A stretch of 64,000 nucleotides of DNA from an uncultured Planctomycetota bacterium (GTDB lineage: Bacteria; Planctomycetota; Planctomycetia; Pirellulales; Lacipirellulaceae): positions 224,001 through 288,000 of the forward strand of contig CAVRBU010000002.1 in the NCBI GenBank assembly GCA_963719315.1. The letters run 5' to 3'. The notes below the pieces were generated by a model. The model had not been told where the DNA came from, did not search any database, and saw only the letters and a program-made list of their open reading frames with translations. The position numbers and the translations under genes are program-made. The first letter of the stretch is position 1. Every line of letters starts with the position of its first letter. Shown in pieces: positions 11,684 to 21,748 of this stretch.

Positions 11684-11906
11684 CAGTTTCGTCATTGGCA
11701 AGCACGACACGTCGCGTATCGTCCGATCCCGATGGCCTGTATTCGATAACAAGCCCCCCGCCCTCGACCAAGCCATAATCCTCGAAGGTTCCAAACCGGA
11801 CGATTGTTGAGCCTACGAGACCGTCCGAAACGGACTTGCGCCGACCTGAAATGTCCGGCAACTTGCAAATGATCCGAGCCGTGCGCAGTTGTTCTTTGTC
11901 AGTCAC
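11634..11906 (-). CDS. Small hypothetical protein (passenger gene, uncertain)
   Basis: GAGG RBS before GTG; protein-like composition; overlaps the 3' end of the convergent gene. Confidence 0.4.
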   Translation of the reverse strand: MTDKEQLRTARIICKLPDISGRRKSVSDGLVGSTIVRFGTFEDYGLVEGGGLVIEYRPSGSDDTRRVVLANDETAMWSVAYFPRVVPGVA

Positions 11907-12022
11907 GTCGATCCTCTATTTTCTGATGTGTGCCGGAAATCGCGTGCCGATCCGCAACAATCTGTTTTGGAAATGACCCCACCACCCGCTACCGGGTAGC
12001 GACGCCGCTTGAAATCTCGGCA

Positions 12023-12523
12023 CTACCGTAAAGCCACGATCATACCCAACACCACCGCAACCAGCGTCGTGGCGATTAGCAGTGTGCGGAGACTGAAAAG
12101 CCAGCGCACGCAACATAACCAGGGGACCGCGGCAATAATGCCGAAGCTCAACGTAGGAAACCAATATGGTATAACGAGGATTGAAGCAGCTCGACGCACC
12201 GGTGAGGATAGCCAACTTGACTTAAAGCCCAGATAAGACGGCAACGGGTGTCCGGTTCCATCGTTGTAATTGACTTGAGTGCCTTTTTGAATCGTAAAAC
12301 TGTAAAACTTGGTGCCCCAGCTCTCGCGAGGCATTGAATGGGAATAACCAAACCAGGTATTGCCTACCTGCCCGTGGAATGAGATCAATGACAGGTGGGT
12401 CCGATTGTGTAGCCACTCGATACGGTCTAAAACCTTGTAGCTTCGCACCCACAACGCGATCAACAACACGGCGACCACGCCCCACCCCATCGTCCACGCG
12501 ATTCGCAACTTGCGGAATCTCAT
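12023..12523 (-). CDS. Planctomycete membrane protein (MRFRKLRIAW... / C-terminal FSLRTLL type)
   Basis: N-terminal TM + LWVRSY, C-terminal IPYWF...FSLRTLLIATTLVAVVLG. Confidence 0.7.
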   Translation of the reverse strand: MRFRKLRIAWTMGWGVVAVLLIALWVRSYKVLDRIEWLHNRTHLSLISFHGQVGNTWFGYSHSMPRESWGTKFYSFTIQKGTQVNYNDGTGHPLPSYLGFKSSWLSSPVRRAASILVIPYWFPTLSFGIIAAVPWLCCVRWLFSLRTLLIATTLVAVVLGMIVALR

Positions 12524-12648
12524 TCAGCCAACGATATCAGCGCGGCTACTACAGCAGGAACTGCAACGGCAGCAACGCGATAAGTGGCGACGGCCTGGGG
12601 GCTCGTTGCGCTCGATCTCAACAACTCGGGTGCAGGCACTCTAACTTT

Positions 12649-14001
12649 CTATCGCTGCCAATACCAACCGGCTTCCGCAGAAGGAAGGGTAGTATGCGTG
12701 CTCGCCAAATCTTTAGAAACCTGCGTTCGGTCGGCCACTTGCCAGGGGAAGATTTGGACGCCGCCGGAGACACTCACCACCCAACTCCGGCCGGCTCTAA
12801 CAAAACTCGCTTGCGACGGCACTGTTCGCGGGGCGGGGAACTCAACAAGCGGTTCATCGCTCATGAGATTCGGCATCACGAGGCCGGACCGCTCCGTCAG
12901 GCGCTCCTTTGCCAGCAGTGCGCCGACCACGGCCAGATCCATCACGTTGCGAAGTTGGCCGAAGCTCGAATCCTCGCGGGCCAGCTCGTCGAATTTTTGC
13001 GTGAACGTATCCGCCCATTTTTGAGCGGTCGGGTCTGCCTTGCCGGAGTGTTGCTTCTGGCCCGCGCTGTCCATGAAATCCTGCTCGGTCATGCAGCGGA
13101 CGCCTTGACCCTTGAGCTCCCAGGCAAGACCATCGGCATCGCGCTGTAACGGTTCGTAATTGGGCGCCAGCCACCAACGCGGCATCAAGTTATTGGCATT
13201 CCGGCCGCGGAGCAAGGTCAGAAAGCTCGGCATCCCATCAACGGGCGCCGGTTCGAAGTTCATCGCCAGGCGTTTCATCCGAAAGTCCGCGGCGACAATC
13301 ACGCGGGCAAAATGGCTCGTCGCCGGGATGCCGGTGACACTAATCGTTTGCGGACCGACGGCTTCTTCCATCTGCTTCGAAGCCACCTGCGGACTGGAAG
13401 ACAGATGCCGCGCAAGCTGCTGCATCCGCTGCAAACCTTCCGGCGTCGGGTCGATCGAGCAACTGATGCCGCTGGCGTTCGCCGATTCGGCAACGCGGAG
13501 CGCAACCATCAGGTCGTCCAACGTAAGAACGGGGCAGCCGCTCGTCGCGCCGACGATGCTGCCACGTGTATCGACTTTCCAGCCTTCAGCGGGACCGGCG
13601 AGCACGATATCTTGCTGCTCCGGGTAGACCAACACATAGCGAACGCGCTGCAGGCCAGCCAGCAGCAGGACTGCTTCCGGCAGCGGCTTGTTGGCGGCCC
13701 GGGCGCTCGCAATTTCAGATTCAATCTGCTTGAGCGACACGAACCGCAAGTCGGTCCACTTTTCCAAGTCGGCCGGCACCTGCTGCAGTCCTTTTTGCCA
13801 CGCCGCTTGCAATTGCTTCAATTCTCCAACTTGCGGGTTGGAAACAACGCCGTCGGTGTCGATCTTCACACCCCCGACGCCCGGGTTGCGAAAAGCACCG
13901 CCAAACTGTGCCCGAACTGAATTGAACGAAACGCAAACGGCCGCAATGGCCAGAGCGACAAGGACCCGTCGCTGCTGTTTAGAAGAAAACGTGCAAGACA
14001 T
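12649..14001 (-). CDS. DUF1598 domain-containing secreted protein
   Basis: GGVKIDTDG, LAGLQRVRYVLVYPE..DIVLAGPAEGW, CSIDPT, ADFRMKRLAM, RWWL, SGGV; GGAGG RBS. Confidence 0.85.
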   Translation of the reverse strand: MSCTFSSKQQRRVLVALAIAAVCVSFNSVRAQFGGAFRNPGVGGVKIDTDGVVSNPQVGELKQLQAAWQKGLQQVPADLEKWTDLRFVSLKQIESEIASARAANKPLPEAVLLLAGLQRVRYVLVYPEQQDIVLAGPAEGWKVDTRGSIVGATSGCPVLTLDDLMVALRVAESANASGISCSIDPTPEGLQRMQQLARHLSSSPQVASKQMEEAVGPQTISVTGIPATSHFARVIVAADFRMKRLAMNFEPAPVDGMPSFLTLLRGRNANNLMPRWWLAPNYEPLQRDADGLAWELKGQGVRCMTEQDFMDSAGQKQHSGKADPTAQKWADTFTQKFDELAREDSSFGQLRNVMDLAVVGALLAKERLTERSGLVMPNLMSDEPLVEFPAPRTVPSQASFVRAGRSWVVSVSGGVQIFPWQVADRTQVSKDLASTHTTLPSAEAGWYWQR

Positions 14002-14506
14002 GAGAATAGTGCCTCCGCCGCTCGGCCGGTGGGCGTGATGCCGCATCGCCGGCCGTTGTTTACGAGCGTTCCAAAAGTAACTGGCTGCTACCTTCACACT
14101 AATCGCTAACCCTAGTTGTTTCAACAGTTTTGGGATGCTGGCCGCCCTTCATGGCATGGGGCTGATAAAGCTTCCGGTCTGAGCTCGCACGTTCGGCAAC
14201 CGTTCCGGCCGCCAAAGCCGCGAAAACGTGGGTTCGCATGCGGAAACTCTCCCGCCGGATCGTCCGTTGTGGGCCGACATATTTGCCGTAAACCTTGGCC
14301 ACATGGGCAGTTCTGTGCGAATCGACTTGAACACCTACCCCTAGCGCGAATAAGTTGTAAATAGGGTGCCACATTGCCGCCCGGCAGTGTGGCCGGTCGG
14401 CGGCCCGCCGATCGGGAGGTCTTGTCCAGAAATAGCTGGCGGCAGCGCATGGTGCGCGCCGCCCGCGGGCCGACCGTTATTTGGGTTACTCTGCGCTCTA
14501 TATTCG

Positions 14507-16546
14507 ATGACGGCATATCTGGTTATTCGCGAAGGCTCGAAATGGACCGACGTTTTTCGCCTGGTCGATGGCGAGTCGGTAACGGTCGGCCGTGCGCCAA
14601 CCAACGCGATCGTCGTAAAGGACGAACGATGCAGCCGCAACCATGCCGAAGTCTTTCAGTCGGGCGGCAATTGGACGCTGCGCGATCTCGATAGCCGTAA
14701 CGGCACGCTGGTCGATGGCCAGCGGATTCAAATCGACTACCAACTGCAGCCCGGCGAAATCATTCGCATCGGCAATTCGCACCTGGCGTTCGTGAACGAC
14801 TTGTCGCAAGCGTTTCCCGATTCACACTCCGTGCTGCGATCGGCGCAGGCTGTCGATCAATCGATCGGCGAAGAGGCGACGGTCGGCCCGCCCGATCACG
14901 AAAGTGTCTTGGAAACTTACGAACCGACGACGATCACGCACCGCCGCGGGCAAAGCCGCTTCCTCGAGCCGCCCGAAGAAGAAGACGTCGATGTCTCACT
15001 CCCAAAAGTCGGCCGGGCCGCCGCAAACTTGTGTCGTCTGGCGTTCGAGCTTGCGAAGGCCACCGACGTAATCACGCTCGCCAATGTGGCCCTTGATGGA
15101 CTGTTCGAAGGCACGCAAGTCGACGCCGGCGCGGTGCTGCTGCAAGCCCGCAGGCCAACGCCAAAGCCAAAAGCGGACAATCTGGAAGTCATCGCTTCGC
15201 GGAGCGATTCGCCGCATCAGTATCATCGCGTTTCCCAGTTCTTGTCCACAACCGTGATGCGCGAGGGACAAGCGGTGCTCGCCCGCAACGTCATGGACGA
15301 CAGCCAACTCGGCAGCCGCGATAGCAAGGGCGAAATCCTGGCCACCAGCGTGATTTGCGCGCCAATCCGTCGCGACGGCAAAGTGCTCGGGGTCATTCAT
15401 CTGTATTCAACCGATGTCGGCAAGCCGACCGACCCGGACGATCTCGAATTCACGCTCGCCGTCGCCGATACCGTAGCGGTAGCACTCGAAAATTTGAGCC
15501 GGCAACAGGAATTGGCCGAAAACCTTAACCAGATTCGCGACGAAAATGTACAGCTCCGCGAACGACTGGGCGTTGAGAGCGAAATCATCGGCACGAGCGA
15601 GGTAATGAATCAGGTGACCCGCGAGATCGCTCGCGCCGCGCCCAGCCGGGCAACCGTCCTGATCCGCGGCGAGAGCGGCGTCGGCAAAGAACTCGTCGCC
15701 CGCGCGGTCCACTTCTCCAGCCCGCGGAAGAAAGGCCCCTTCGGTTGCCTGAACTGCGCCGCGCTTTCCGAAACCTTGCTCGAAAGCGAATTATTCGGCC
15801 ACGAAAAAGGCGCGTTCACCGGGGCCACCGAGCGAAAAATCGGCAAGTTCGAGGCGGCCGACAAAGGCACGCTCATGCTCGACGAAATCGGCGAGATGAG
15901 CCCCAAGACACAGGCAAAATTCCTGCGCGTGCTGGAAGGTCATCCGTTCGAGCGCGTTGGCGGCAGCGAGCAGATCAAAGTCGATGTGCGAGTGATCGCA
16001 GCCACGAATCGCGACCTGGAAAAAGACGTCGCCGAGGGAAACTTCCGCCGCGACCTGTATTTCCGCCTGCATGTGTTGGAGATTGTCGTGCCGGCGCTCC
16101 GCAAGCGCCCGGAGGATATCCCCGAGCTGTCCGAGTATTTCTTGCATCGCTTCGTCGCCGAAACGGGAAGCAAGATCAAAGGCTTCACGCCGCGGGCAAT
16201 GGAAGAGATGCTCCGCTACCGCTGGCCCGGCAATGTTCGCGAGATGAAAAACGTCATCGAGCGTGCCGTCGTCCTCACGCGCAGCGAATACATCGATCAC
16301 GATGACCTCGTCCTCTCGACGCTCCGCACCGCCGGCGATACGGACTCTGGCCTGCTGGACGCCGCCATCGCCCGCAACGAGCCGACATCGCTGGCCGATA
16401 TCGAAAAACAGCACATTCTCGAAACTCTCCGCCAAACCGGCTGGAACAAGAGCCGCGCCGCCATTATCCTGGGAATCGAACGCTCGACGCTCGACCGCAA
16501 AATCCGCCGCTACGATCTCGTCGAAGAAAAAACGCACGGGGATTGA
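14507..16546 (+). CDS. Sigma-54-dependent transcriptional activator (FHA-GAF-AAA+-Fis HTH)
   Basis: FHA (GR..SRNHA..SRNGT), GAF region, [42 protein letters not shown]. Confidence 0.93.
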   Translation: MTAYLVIREGSKWTDVFRLVDGESVTVGRAPTNAIVVKDERCSRNHAEVFQSGGNWTLRDLDSRNGTLVDGQRIQIDYQLQPGEIIRIGNSHLAFVNDLSQAFPDSHSVLRSAQAVDQSIGEEATVGPPDHESVLETYEPTTITHRRGQSRFLEPPEEEDVDVSLPKVGRAAANLCRLAFELAKATDVITLANVALDGLFEGTQVDAGAVLLQARRPTPKPKADNLEVIASRSDSPHQYHRVSQFLSTTVMREGQAVLARNVMDDSQLGSRDSKGEILATSVICAPIRRDGKVLGVIHLYSTDVGKPTDPDDLEFTLAVADTVAVALENLSRQQELAENLNQIRDENVQLRERLGVESEIIGTSEVMNQVTREIARAAPSRATVLIRGESGVGKELVARAVHFSSPRKKGPFGCLNCAALSETLLESELFGHEKGAFTGATERKIGKFEAADKGTLMLDEIGEMSPKTQAKFLRVLEGHPFERVGGSEQIKVDVRVIAATNRDLEKDVAEGNFRRDLYFRLHVLEIVVPALRKRPEDIPELSEYFLHRFVAETGSKIKGFTPRAMEEMLRYRWPGNVREMKNVIERAVVLTRSEYIDHDDLVLSTLRTAGDTDSGLLDAAIARNEPTSLADIEKQHILETLRQTGWNKSRAAIILGIERSTLDRKIRRYDLVEEKTHGD

Positions 16547-16567
16547 GTTGCGATTCCAAATCAATTC

Positions 16568-16650
16568 ACCACGGATGGCACGGATTTCGCGGATAGAATT
16601 CTGATCGCTCTCAAAGCAAAAAACATCCGTGTTATCCGGAAAACCGTGGT
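16568..16650. repeat. Inverted 9-mer repeat element (CACGGAT / ATCCGTG)
   Basis: ACCACGGATGGCACGGATTTCGCGGAT ... ATCCGTGTTATCCGGAAAACCGTGGT. Confidence 0.65.
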
Positions 16651-16662
16651 TCGATTCTTACT

Positions 16663-17811
16663 ATGACGCTGCAACGATTCCCGTCTCTCTTCGCTTTGTA
16701 TCTACTAGCCGCGACGATTGCTTTGGCGGCGACGACCTTATTTGCCGACGAACCGCGCCACTCCGAACCGCAGCCCCTCTTCCCAAAAGCGCTCGCCCCC
16801 GGAGACACGATCGAAATCGTCGCCCCGGCAAAATATCTGGATAAAGAACGAATAGAGCTCGCCCAGAAGCGCCTTGAAGAAATGGGCTTCAAAGTCCTAA
16901 TCCCACGCAACCTCTTCCGCAAGAAGGGCTTCCTGGGCGGCTCGGACGAAGAGCGCGCTGCCGAACTGAATGCCGCCTTCGCCGACCCGCAGGTAAATGC
17001 CGTCATGCCCGGCACCGGCGGCTACGGAACGACTCGAATCGTCGACAAACTCGATTACGACGTGATTCGCCGGAACCCAAAAATCCTCATCGGCTTCTCC
17101 GATATCACGGCACTCCACATCGCCATCCATCAGAAGACCGGCCTCGTCACCTTTCATTCGCCGCTGCCGGAATGGGGCCTCGGCAATGAAGAAAATCTTT
17201 CGCCTTACGCGGCCAAGTGGTTCTGGCGGGCGATCTTGGCGAATAGTTACCGAACTGGATCAGTACAACTACTACACGGCTACACCATCTACACTCATCC
17301 GAGCGAAGGACCCAAATCGGAGGACGCCAAGCTATTTGAGGAGGTCCCCCGCCCCGTAACGATGCACGTCGGCAAAACCCACGGCCGCCTCATCGGCGGA
17401 AACGTATCGGTGCTTCACGCCCTAATGGGCACGCCCTACGAAATTCAAACCGATGGCAAGATCCTTTTCCTCGAAGACGTCGGCGAAGCGCCCTATCGCG
17501 TCGACCGCATGCTTAGCACGCTACGCCTCGCCGGCAAATTCGACCACGTCGCCGGCGTCATCCTCGGCCAATTCACCGCCCGCAAAGAAGAAGCCAAGTG
17601 GGACGATGACGAATCAATCGACGACGTACTGAAAGAATACTTCGCCAACCTGAACGTCCCGGTACTTGCCAACTTCCCCCTGGGCCACGTGCGGTACAAC
17701 GCAACGCTCCCCGTCGGCGCCATGGCAGAACTCGATGCGGAGGAGCAAACGTTAAGGCTGCTTGAAAACCCAGTGAAATTACCGACGGGCAAAGGAAATA
17801 ATGGCAACTAA
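16663..17811 (+). CDS. ldcA: LD-carboxypeptidase (peptidase S66) with signal peptide
   Basis: GGYG, IGFSDITAL, GRLIGGN, LFLEDVGE.PYRVDRML, PLGH. Confidence 0.9.
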   Translation: MTLQRFPSLFALYLLAATIALAATTLFADEPRHSEPQPLFPKALAPGDTIEIVAPAKYLDKERIELAQKRLEEMGFKVLIPRNLFRKKGFLGGSDEERAAELNAAFADPQVNAVMPGTGGYGTTRIVDKLDYDVIRRNPKILIGFSDITALHIAIHQKTGLVTFHSPLPEWGLGNEENLSPYAAKWFWRAILANSYRTGSVQLLHGYTIYTHPSEGPKSEDAKLFEEVPRPVTMHVGKTHGRLIGGNVSVLHALMGTPYEIQTDGKILFLEDVGEAPYRVDRMLSTLRLAGKFDHVAGVILGQFTARKEEAKWDDDESIDDVLKEYFANLNVPVLANFPLGHVRYNATLPVGAMAELDAEEQTLRLLENPVKLPTGKGNNGN

Positions 17812-18394
17812 CACCAAATACTCGCCCATAGTGCATTACTGCACGCTAAGAGAAGACCTCGCATCGTCGCAGCTAGCGGAATATTTACGGGAACTATGCA
17901 CACTTCTTGGCCAGTCTGCAAAGCCGTTTGTTTTTCACGTCCGCGAACTTAATTCGGCCGAGATTGCGCATATAATCGCGCCTCCATCCCCAGAAACTAT
18001 TTCGAACCTCTCCGAGCGCGTAGTTGAAAAACTGTATTGCGAACATGGACACGCGCGGACGGTGATTTGCTGCCCGAAGGAGCATGACTTCGCGTCACTT
18101 GCACGTAAGGAAAATAAAACCGCGTACTACGGAGTTCGAGGTGGATGCGTAGCTCTCGTTTACGGATCAACCGACAAACGTGTTATTTGGCACGAAGCAT
18201 TACACTTGTTTGATGCAAAGGACTGCTATGATACAGTCGACCCCGTTCAAAACCCAGGTCCAACCTGCGAGCCGAATTGCCCGAATTGCATCATGCAATT
18301 TGACCCTGCATGCTCCAATATAGAAAAGTGGCCATTTCTCTGCGAAGAAAACATTGCCAGGGTACAATCGGCGATGTCTGCATCGCATAATTAG
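17801..18394 (+). CDS. Hypothetical zinc metallopeptidase-like protein
   Basis: WHEALHLFDAKDCY (HEXXH) and downstream CIM (Met-turn-like); lower GC. Confidence 0.55.
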   Translation: MATNTKYSPIVHYCTLREDLASSQLAEYLRELCTLLGQSAKPFVFHVRELNSAEIAHIIAPPSPETISNLSERVVEKLYCEHGHARTVICCPKEHDFASLARKENKTAYYGVRGGCVALVYGSTDKRVIWHEALHLFDAKDCYDTVDPVQNPGPTCEPNCPNCIMQFDPACSNIEKWPFLCEENIARVQSAMSASHN

Positions 18395-18407
18395 TGCGTC
18401 TTGCGTC

Positions 18408-18868
18408 CTACGCCTCATCCGCCGCCCGCAACCACGGCCGAATCGTCGGTTCGTTCGCGCAGATTTCATCGTTGCGAAAGTACAGTGCGATTTGCGCGCC
18501 GCTGCCTCTGGCCCATCCGAGGCATGCACCATGTTCATCTGTCGGCTGGAGCTAAAATCACCGCGCACCGTGCCGGGCGCCGCTTTAAGACCGCTCGTGG
18601 CCCCGAGCATCTCGCGGACAACGCGAATCACCTCCAGCCCTTCCACGACCGCCGCCACTATCGGGCCGCCTGTAATGAACGCCTCCAGGGTTGGGTACCA
18701 ATCTTTCTTCACATGCTCGGCATAGTGCTTCTTGGCCAAGTCCGGTGTCACGCGCATCATCTTCATCGCGATGATGTTGAGACCCTTGTCCTCAAACCGT
18801 GCCAGAACGCGGCCCATGAGGCGGCGCTGGACACAGTCGGGTTTGAGGAGGATGAGAGTGCGTTCCAT
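18408..18868 (-). CDS. ndk: Nucleoside diphosphate kinase (frameshift near 18490)
   Basis: MERTLILLKPD, HYAEH, PGTVRGDF, NMVHASD; restored end REIALYF...RPWL stops at 18408. Confidence 0.95.
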
Positions 18869-18919
18869 CAGGACGGTCGGGGGCTGAAGGTCGAGGGGCA
18901 AGAGCGAGGAAGTCGAATT

Positions 18920-19414
18920 CTATCCCGTTCTCAAATTCGGCTCAACCCGAACGCCCTCACCCGGATTGATAATCGCCGGCTGAGTGTCGGGCGCCACCGT
19001 CGGCCACTTGAAATTTACGTTGACGGGCGATTGTATTTCCACTAGGCCCCGAGGACCGGCAACCAAGTCCGTACCCTCGGTCCAATCGACATAGGCGCCA
19101 TTGCGGCCGATGGAACCATTGTGCCGCGCGATAGTAAGCACAATACGGCGTTGGCCACGCCACATATCCTGCCACTCCCATGGCATCACCTCGGCATAAA
19201 CGCGATCCGGCTTCGGACCGTTTTCAGGCCGAACGATTCCGCTCCATCCATCATCGCCAATCATCAACTCCCTGGCCGTGTCGAAATCCTGCCGCGATAC
19301 AGCGGTCACGAACTTCCGGGCAAGCGCCGTCGGCCGAACGACGTGCAAATAGAGCGCGGCGGCCAACAACGCGAACGCGACAAGCATGAACCGCAACGAG
19401 AATCGAGCTCGCAT
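18920..19414 (-). CDS. Planctomycete 'RFSLR' single-pass membrane protein
   Basis: MRARFSLRFML + TM + VRPT..A.KFV; paralog of 21749..22177. Confidence 0.7.
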   Translation of the reverse strand: MRARFSLRFMLVAFALLAAALYLHVVRPTALARKFVTAVSRQDFDTARELMIGDDGWSGIVRPENGPKPDRVYAEVMPWEWQDMWRGQRRIVLTIARHNGSIGRNGAYVDWTEGTDLVAGPRGLVEIQSPVNVNFKWPTVAPDTQPAIINPGEGVRVEPNLRTG

Positions 19415-19537
19415 GAAAACCTCCGCGTCGCGTCCGGCGAGCGGACATTATATCGTGAGCGCGCGACCAGCCGGTAGACCGTAAGCGGCTTTTCCCACAA
19501 TGTCTTGGGAGTGGCTCAACTTGGGTGACTCGTAGAT

Positions 19538-19650
19538 GGTCGAGGGCGGAGGGTCGAGTGTCGAGGACCAGAAAGCGACTGCACCGCTGCCTTGAAGCCG
19601 GCCCTCGACACTCGACACTCGACACTCGACCCTAGACCTTCGACCTCTCG
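19538..19650. repeat. Inverted heptamer tandem array (GTCGAG(T/G) / CTCGACA)
   Basis: GGTCGAGTGTCGAG ... CTCGACACTCGACACTCGACACTCGACC. Confidence 0.7.
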
Positions 19651-19684
19651 CGAAAGGCCGAAATTATTCTTGAGTCGTTCCTTG

Positions 19685-19769
19685 GTAGGTTCCTTCTGAC
19701 GGAAGAGACTTCGGCGCAAATTCGTTGTCCGTCGGCCTTCCGAGGCCCCGCTCGGCAAGCGGAACCTGC
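19685..19769. repeat. REPIN-like element, inverted degenerate copy of 22446-22530
   Basis: GTAGGTTCCTTCTGACGGAAGAGAC ... GGCCCCGCTCGGCAAGCGGAACCTGC. Confidence 0.6.
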
Positions 19770-19790
19770 TTTTTGTGTGAAGCCGGCTTG

Positions 19791-19810
19791 AACTATACAA
19801 ATGTACAGTT
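19791..19810 (+). promoter_or_regulatory. Candidate repressor operator / SOS box (AACTATACAAATGTACAGTT)
   Basis: Imperfect palindrome containing CTAT-N8-ACAG (one mismatch to CTGT-N8-ACAG), 12 nt before a Y-family polymerase start. Confidence 0.45.
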
Positions 19811-19822
19811 ATAGTGGTTGGT

Positions 19823-21018
19823 ATGATCGGACACGTCGATGCAGATTGTTTTTACGTGAGTGCGGAAAGAGTCCGCTTCCCCCATTTATGTGGCTTGCCG
19901 ATCGGCGTATTAGGCAACCATGGTGCGTGTATTATTGCAAAATCGTATGAGGCTAAGACGGCGGGAGTTAAGACCGGAATGCCGATCTGGGAAGCTCTCC
20001 CGATTTGCCCGAATGGTGTGTACGTCAAACGCGACTTTGAATGGTACGAAGTATTAAGCCGGAGGATGCTGGCTATCGTCCAAGAGATAAGCCCGCGTGT
20101 GGAGTTCTATTCCATCGACGAATCCTTTTTCGAGGCTCGCAGCGCAACACTTCAAGCTGCCCAGGAATTGCAGCAGCGAATACTGCGCGGCGTCGGGGTG
20201 CCAGTGAGCGTTGGCATCGCCCCCACCAAAACATTAGCCAAGTTGTGTTCGGATTCGTCCAAGCCGTTCGGCTGTCGCGCCGTCCTCACGGATGGCGACC
20301 GGCTTGCGCTTCTCGACAACTTGCCGATCACCGAAGTCACCGGCATCGCCAAACGTAGCGCCCAGCGGCTCGCGGAACACGGCATCACGACTTGTAACCA
20401 ATTCGCATCCGCCGACAGGGCGTTCATTCGCTGGCTACTCACGAAGCGCGGCGAAGACCTTTGGTGGGAGCTGCGCGGCACGCCAGTACAACAAGTATTG
20501 ACCGTCCGCCCGGATCACAAGTTCGTGTCGCGAGGCGGCAGTATCGGTAAGGCATCGAACGACGCTGACCGCGTAACGGCCTTCGTGGTCCGTAACCTGG
20601 AACGATTGGTCGAAGCGCTGCACCACTATCGAATCGTTTGCGACCAGCTTATCCTATCGCTGTTGTTCAAGAATGCTCCCGAACGATCCATGCGCGTAAG
20701 CCTGCCGGGCAGCACCGCCGACTTCGAGCAATTACGACAAGCGACCTTATGGCTGCTGCCCAGGGTCTGGCAGCCTCCTACGCTCGCCGTGCATTACATG
20801 CACGTTATCGCCGGCAAGTTGCGCCCTATGCGGATCGGCAGCGGAGCCTATTCGAAATTCCCCACGGTGAACGGATAGCCGACGTGAAGCGCCGCATCAA
20901 TAATTCCGTAGGACGATTCGCCTTGCGCAGCGGGACCACGCTGCCCCTGGCAGACGTTTATGGCGATGCGGCGGCGTCCTACGATATCTGCGATATTTAC
21001 GGCAAGAGTTGTTTTTGA
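19823..21018 (+). CDS. Y-family (UmuC/DinB-like) error-prone DNA polymerase (frameshift near 20828)
   Basis: HVDADCFYVS, SYEAK..GVKTGMP, YSIDE, SVGIAPTKTLAKL; second frame has clamp-binding-like QRSLF. Confidence 0.9.
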
Positions 21019-21027
21019 GGTCTTCCC

Positions 21028-21498
21028 ATGTGCAAAGGTATCTCAATCCTGAAAGCCCGCTTGAAGCAAGAGTTATTCGAGCAGTATGAACTGGCGAACC
21101 GAGTCACAACCCGCGGCGGCGAGCCCGAGTTGCACTTCATGTATACCGATCCTGGCCAGGTCCTCCTGCCGGTGCTGCACGCTGGCCAGATGGTCATCTA
21201 CGAGTGGGGTAATCGTGGCAACAAAGACTCCCGGCTACCGCGTACCGGTTGGTGCCGAACCGATAGCCTGGAGTCGGGCAAGTGGCGTTGGCTGTCGCCG
21301 GAACCGGTCGAGATCCCAGCCGATTTCGGACTTGAAAAGGGCGTGTGGTTTCAAATTACCCAGGGGATCAAGGGCGTACTGGTCAATGATGAGCAACAGC
21401 GACCGCACGTCTATATGCTTACCCAAGACGCCAGCCACTACTACCAGACGATGACCAAACACGACCGCATGCCGGCCCTGATCGACCAAGAGATTTAG
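21028..21498 (+). CDS. Minimal SRAP/HMCES-like (YedK-like) protein
   Basis: Cys at position 2, LP/WG motifs, C-terminal MLT..A.....HDRMP; follows a Y-family polymerase. Confidence 0.7.
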   Translation: MCKGISILKARLKQELFEQYELANRVTTRGGEPELHFMYTDPGQVLLPVLHAGQMVIYEWGNRGNKDSRLPRTGWCRTDSLESGKWRWLSPEPVEIPADFGLEKGVWFQITQGIKGVLVNDEQQRPHVYMLTQDASHYYQTMTKHDRMPALIDQEI

Positions 21499-21555
21499 AG
21501 CGTCTAACAAGATGGCCGGGACTGCCCCGATTTTGCGGCGGGCAACATCGCGGCG

Positions 21556-21688
21556 CTAGTGCGCTGTCACAGCTTGATTTTGGGATTAGCCGCGGGGCGC
21601 TAGCCCCCGGTTGGAGCGGCACAACCCGGGGCTAGCGCCCTGCGGCTGATGCGCCCAACCCCAATTTTTAGCTGTGACAAAGCACTAG
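21556..21688. mobile_element. 133-bp MITE, copy 1 (CTAG-bounded, TIR TGC..TGTCACAGCT / AGCTGTGACAAAGCA)
   Basis: Near-identical to 36253-36385; internal CCCCGG..CCGGGG palindrome; sits inside a GGGACTG(T/C)CCC-type repeat. Confidence 0.85.
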
Positions 21689-21748
21689 TCGCGGAGCAAA
21701 TTGGAACTGTCCCCTGCTCCGATGCCGATCGGTATCCGACTTTTTCTA

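Larger units (their letters stand above)
10084..11986. mobile_element. Non-autonomous IS1-family-derived element carrying passenger genes
   Basis: Left end GGTAGTGGGGTCATTT, right end AAATGACCCCACCACC (15/16 inverted match); flanks CGCTACCT (10076-10083) and CGCTACCG (11987-11994); internal transposase stub; lower GC. Confidence 0.72.

Noticed and set aside
19538..19650. CRISPR array
   Set aside because: Units are 7-nt tandem repeats without unique spacers; no cas genes
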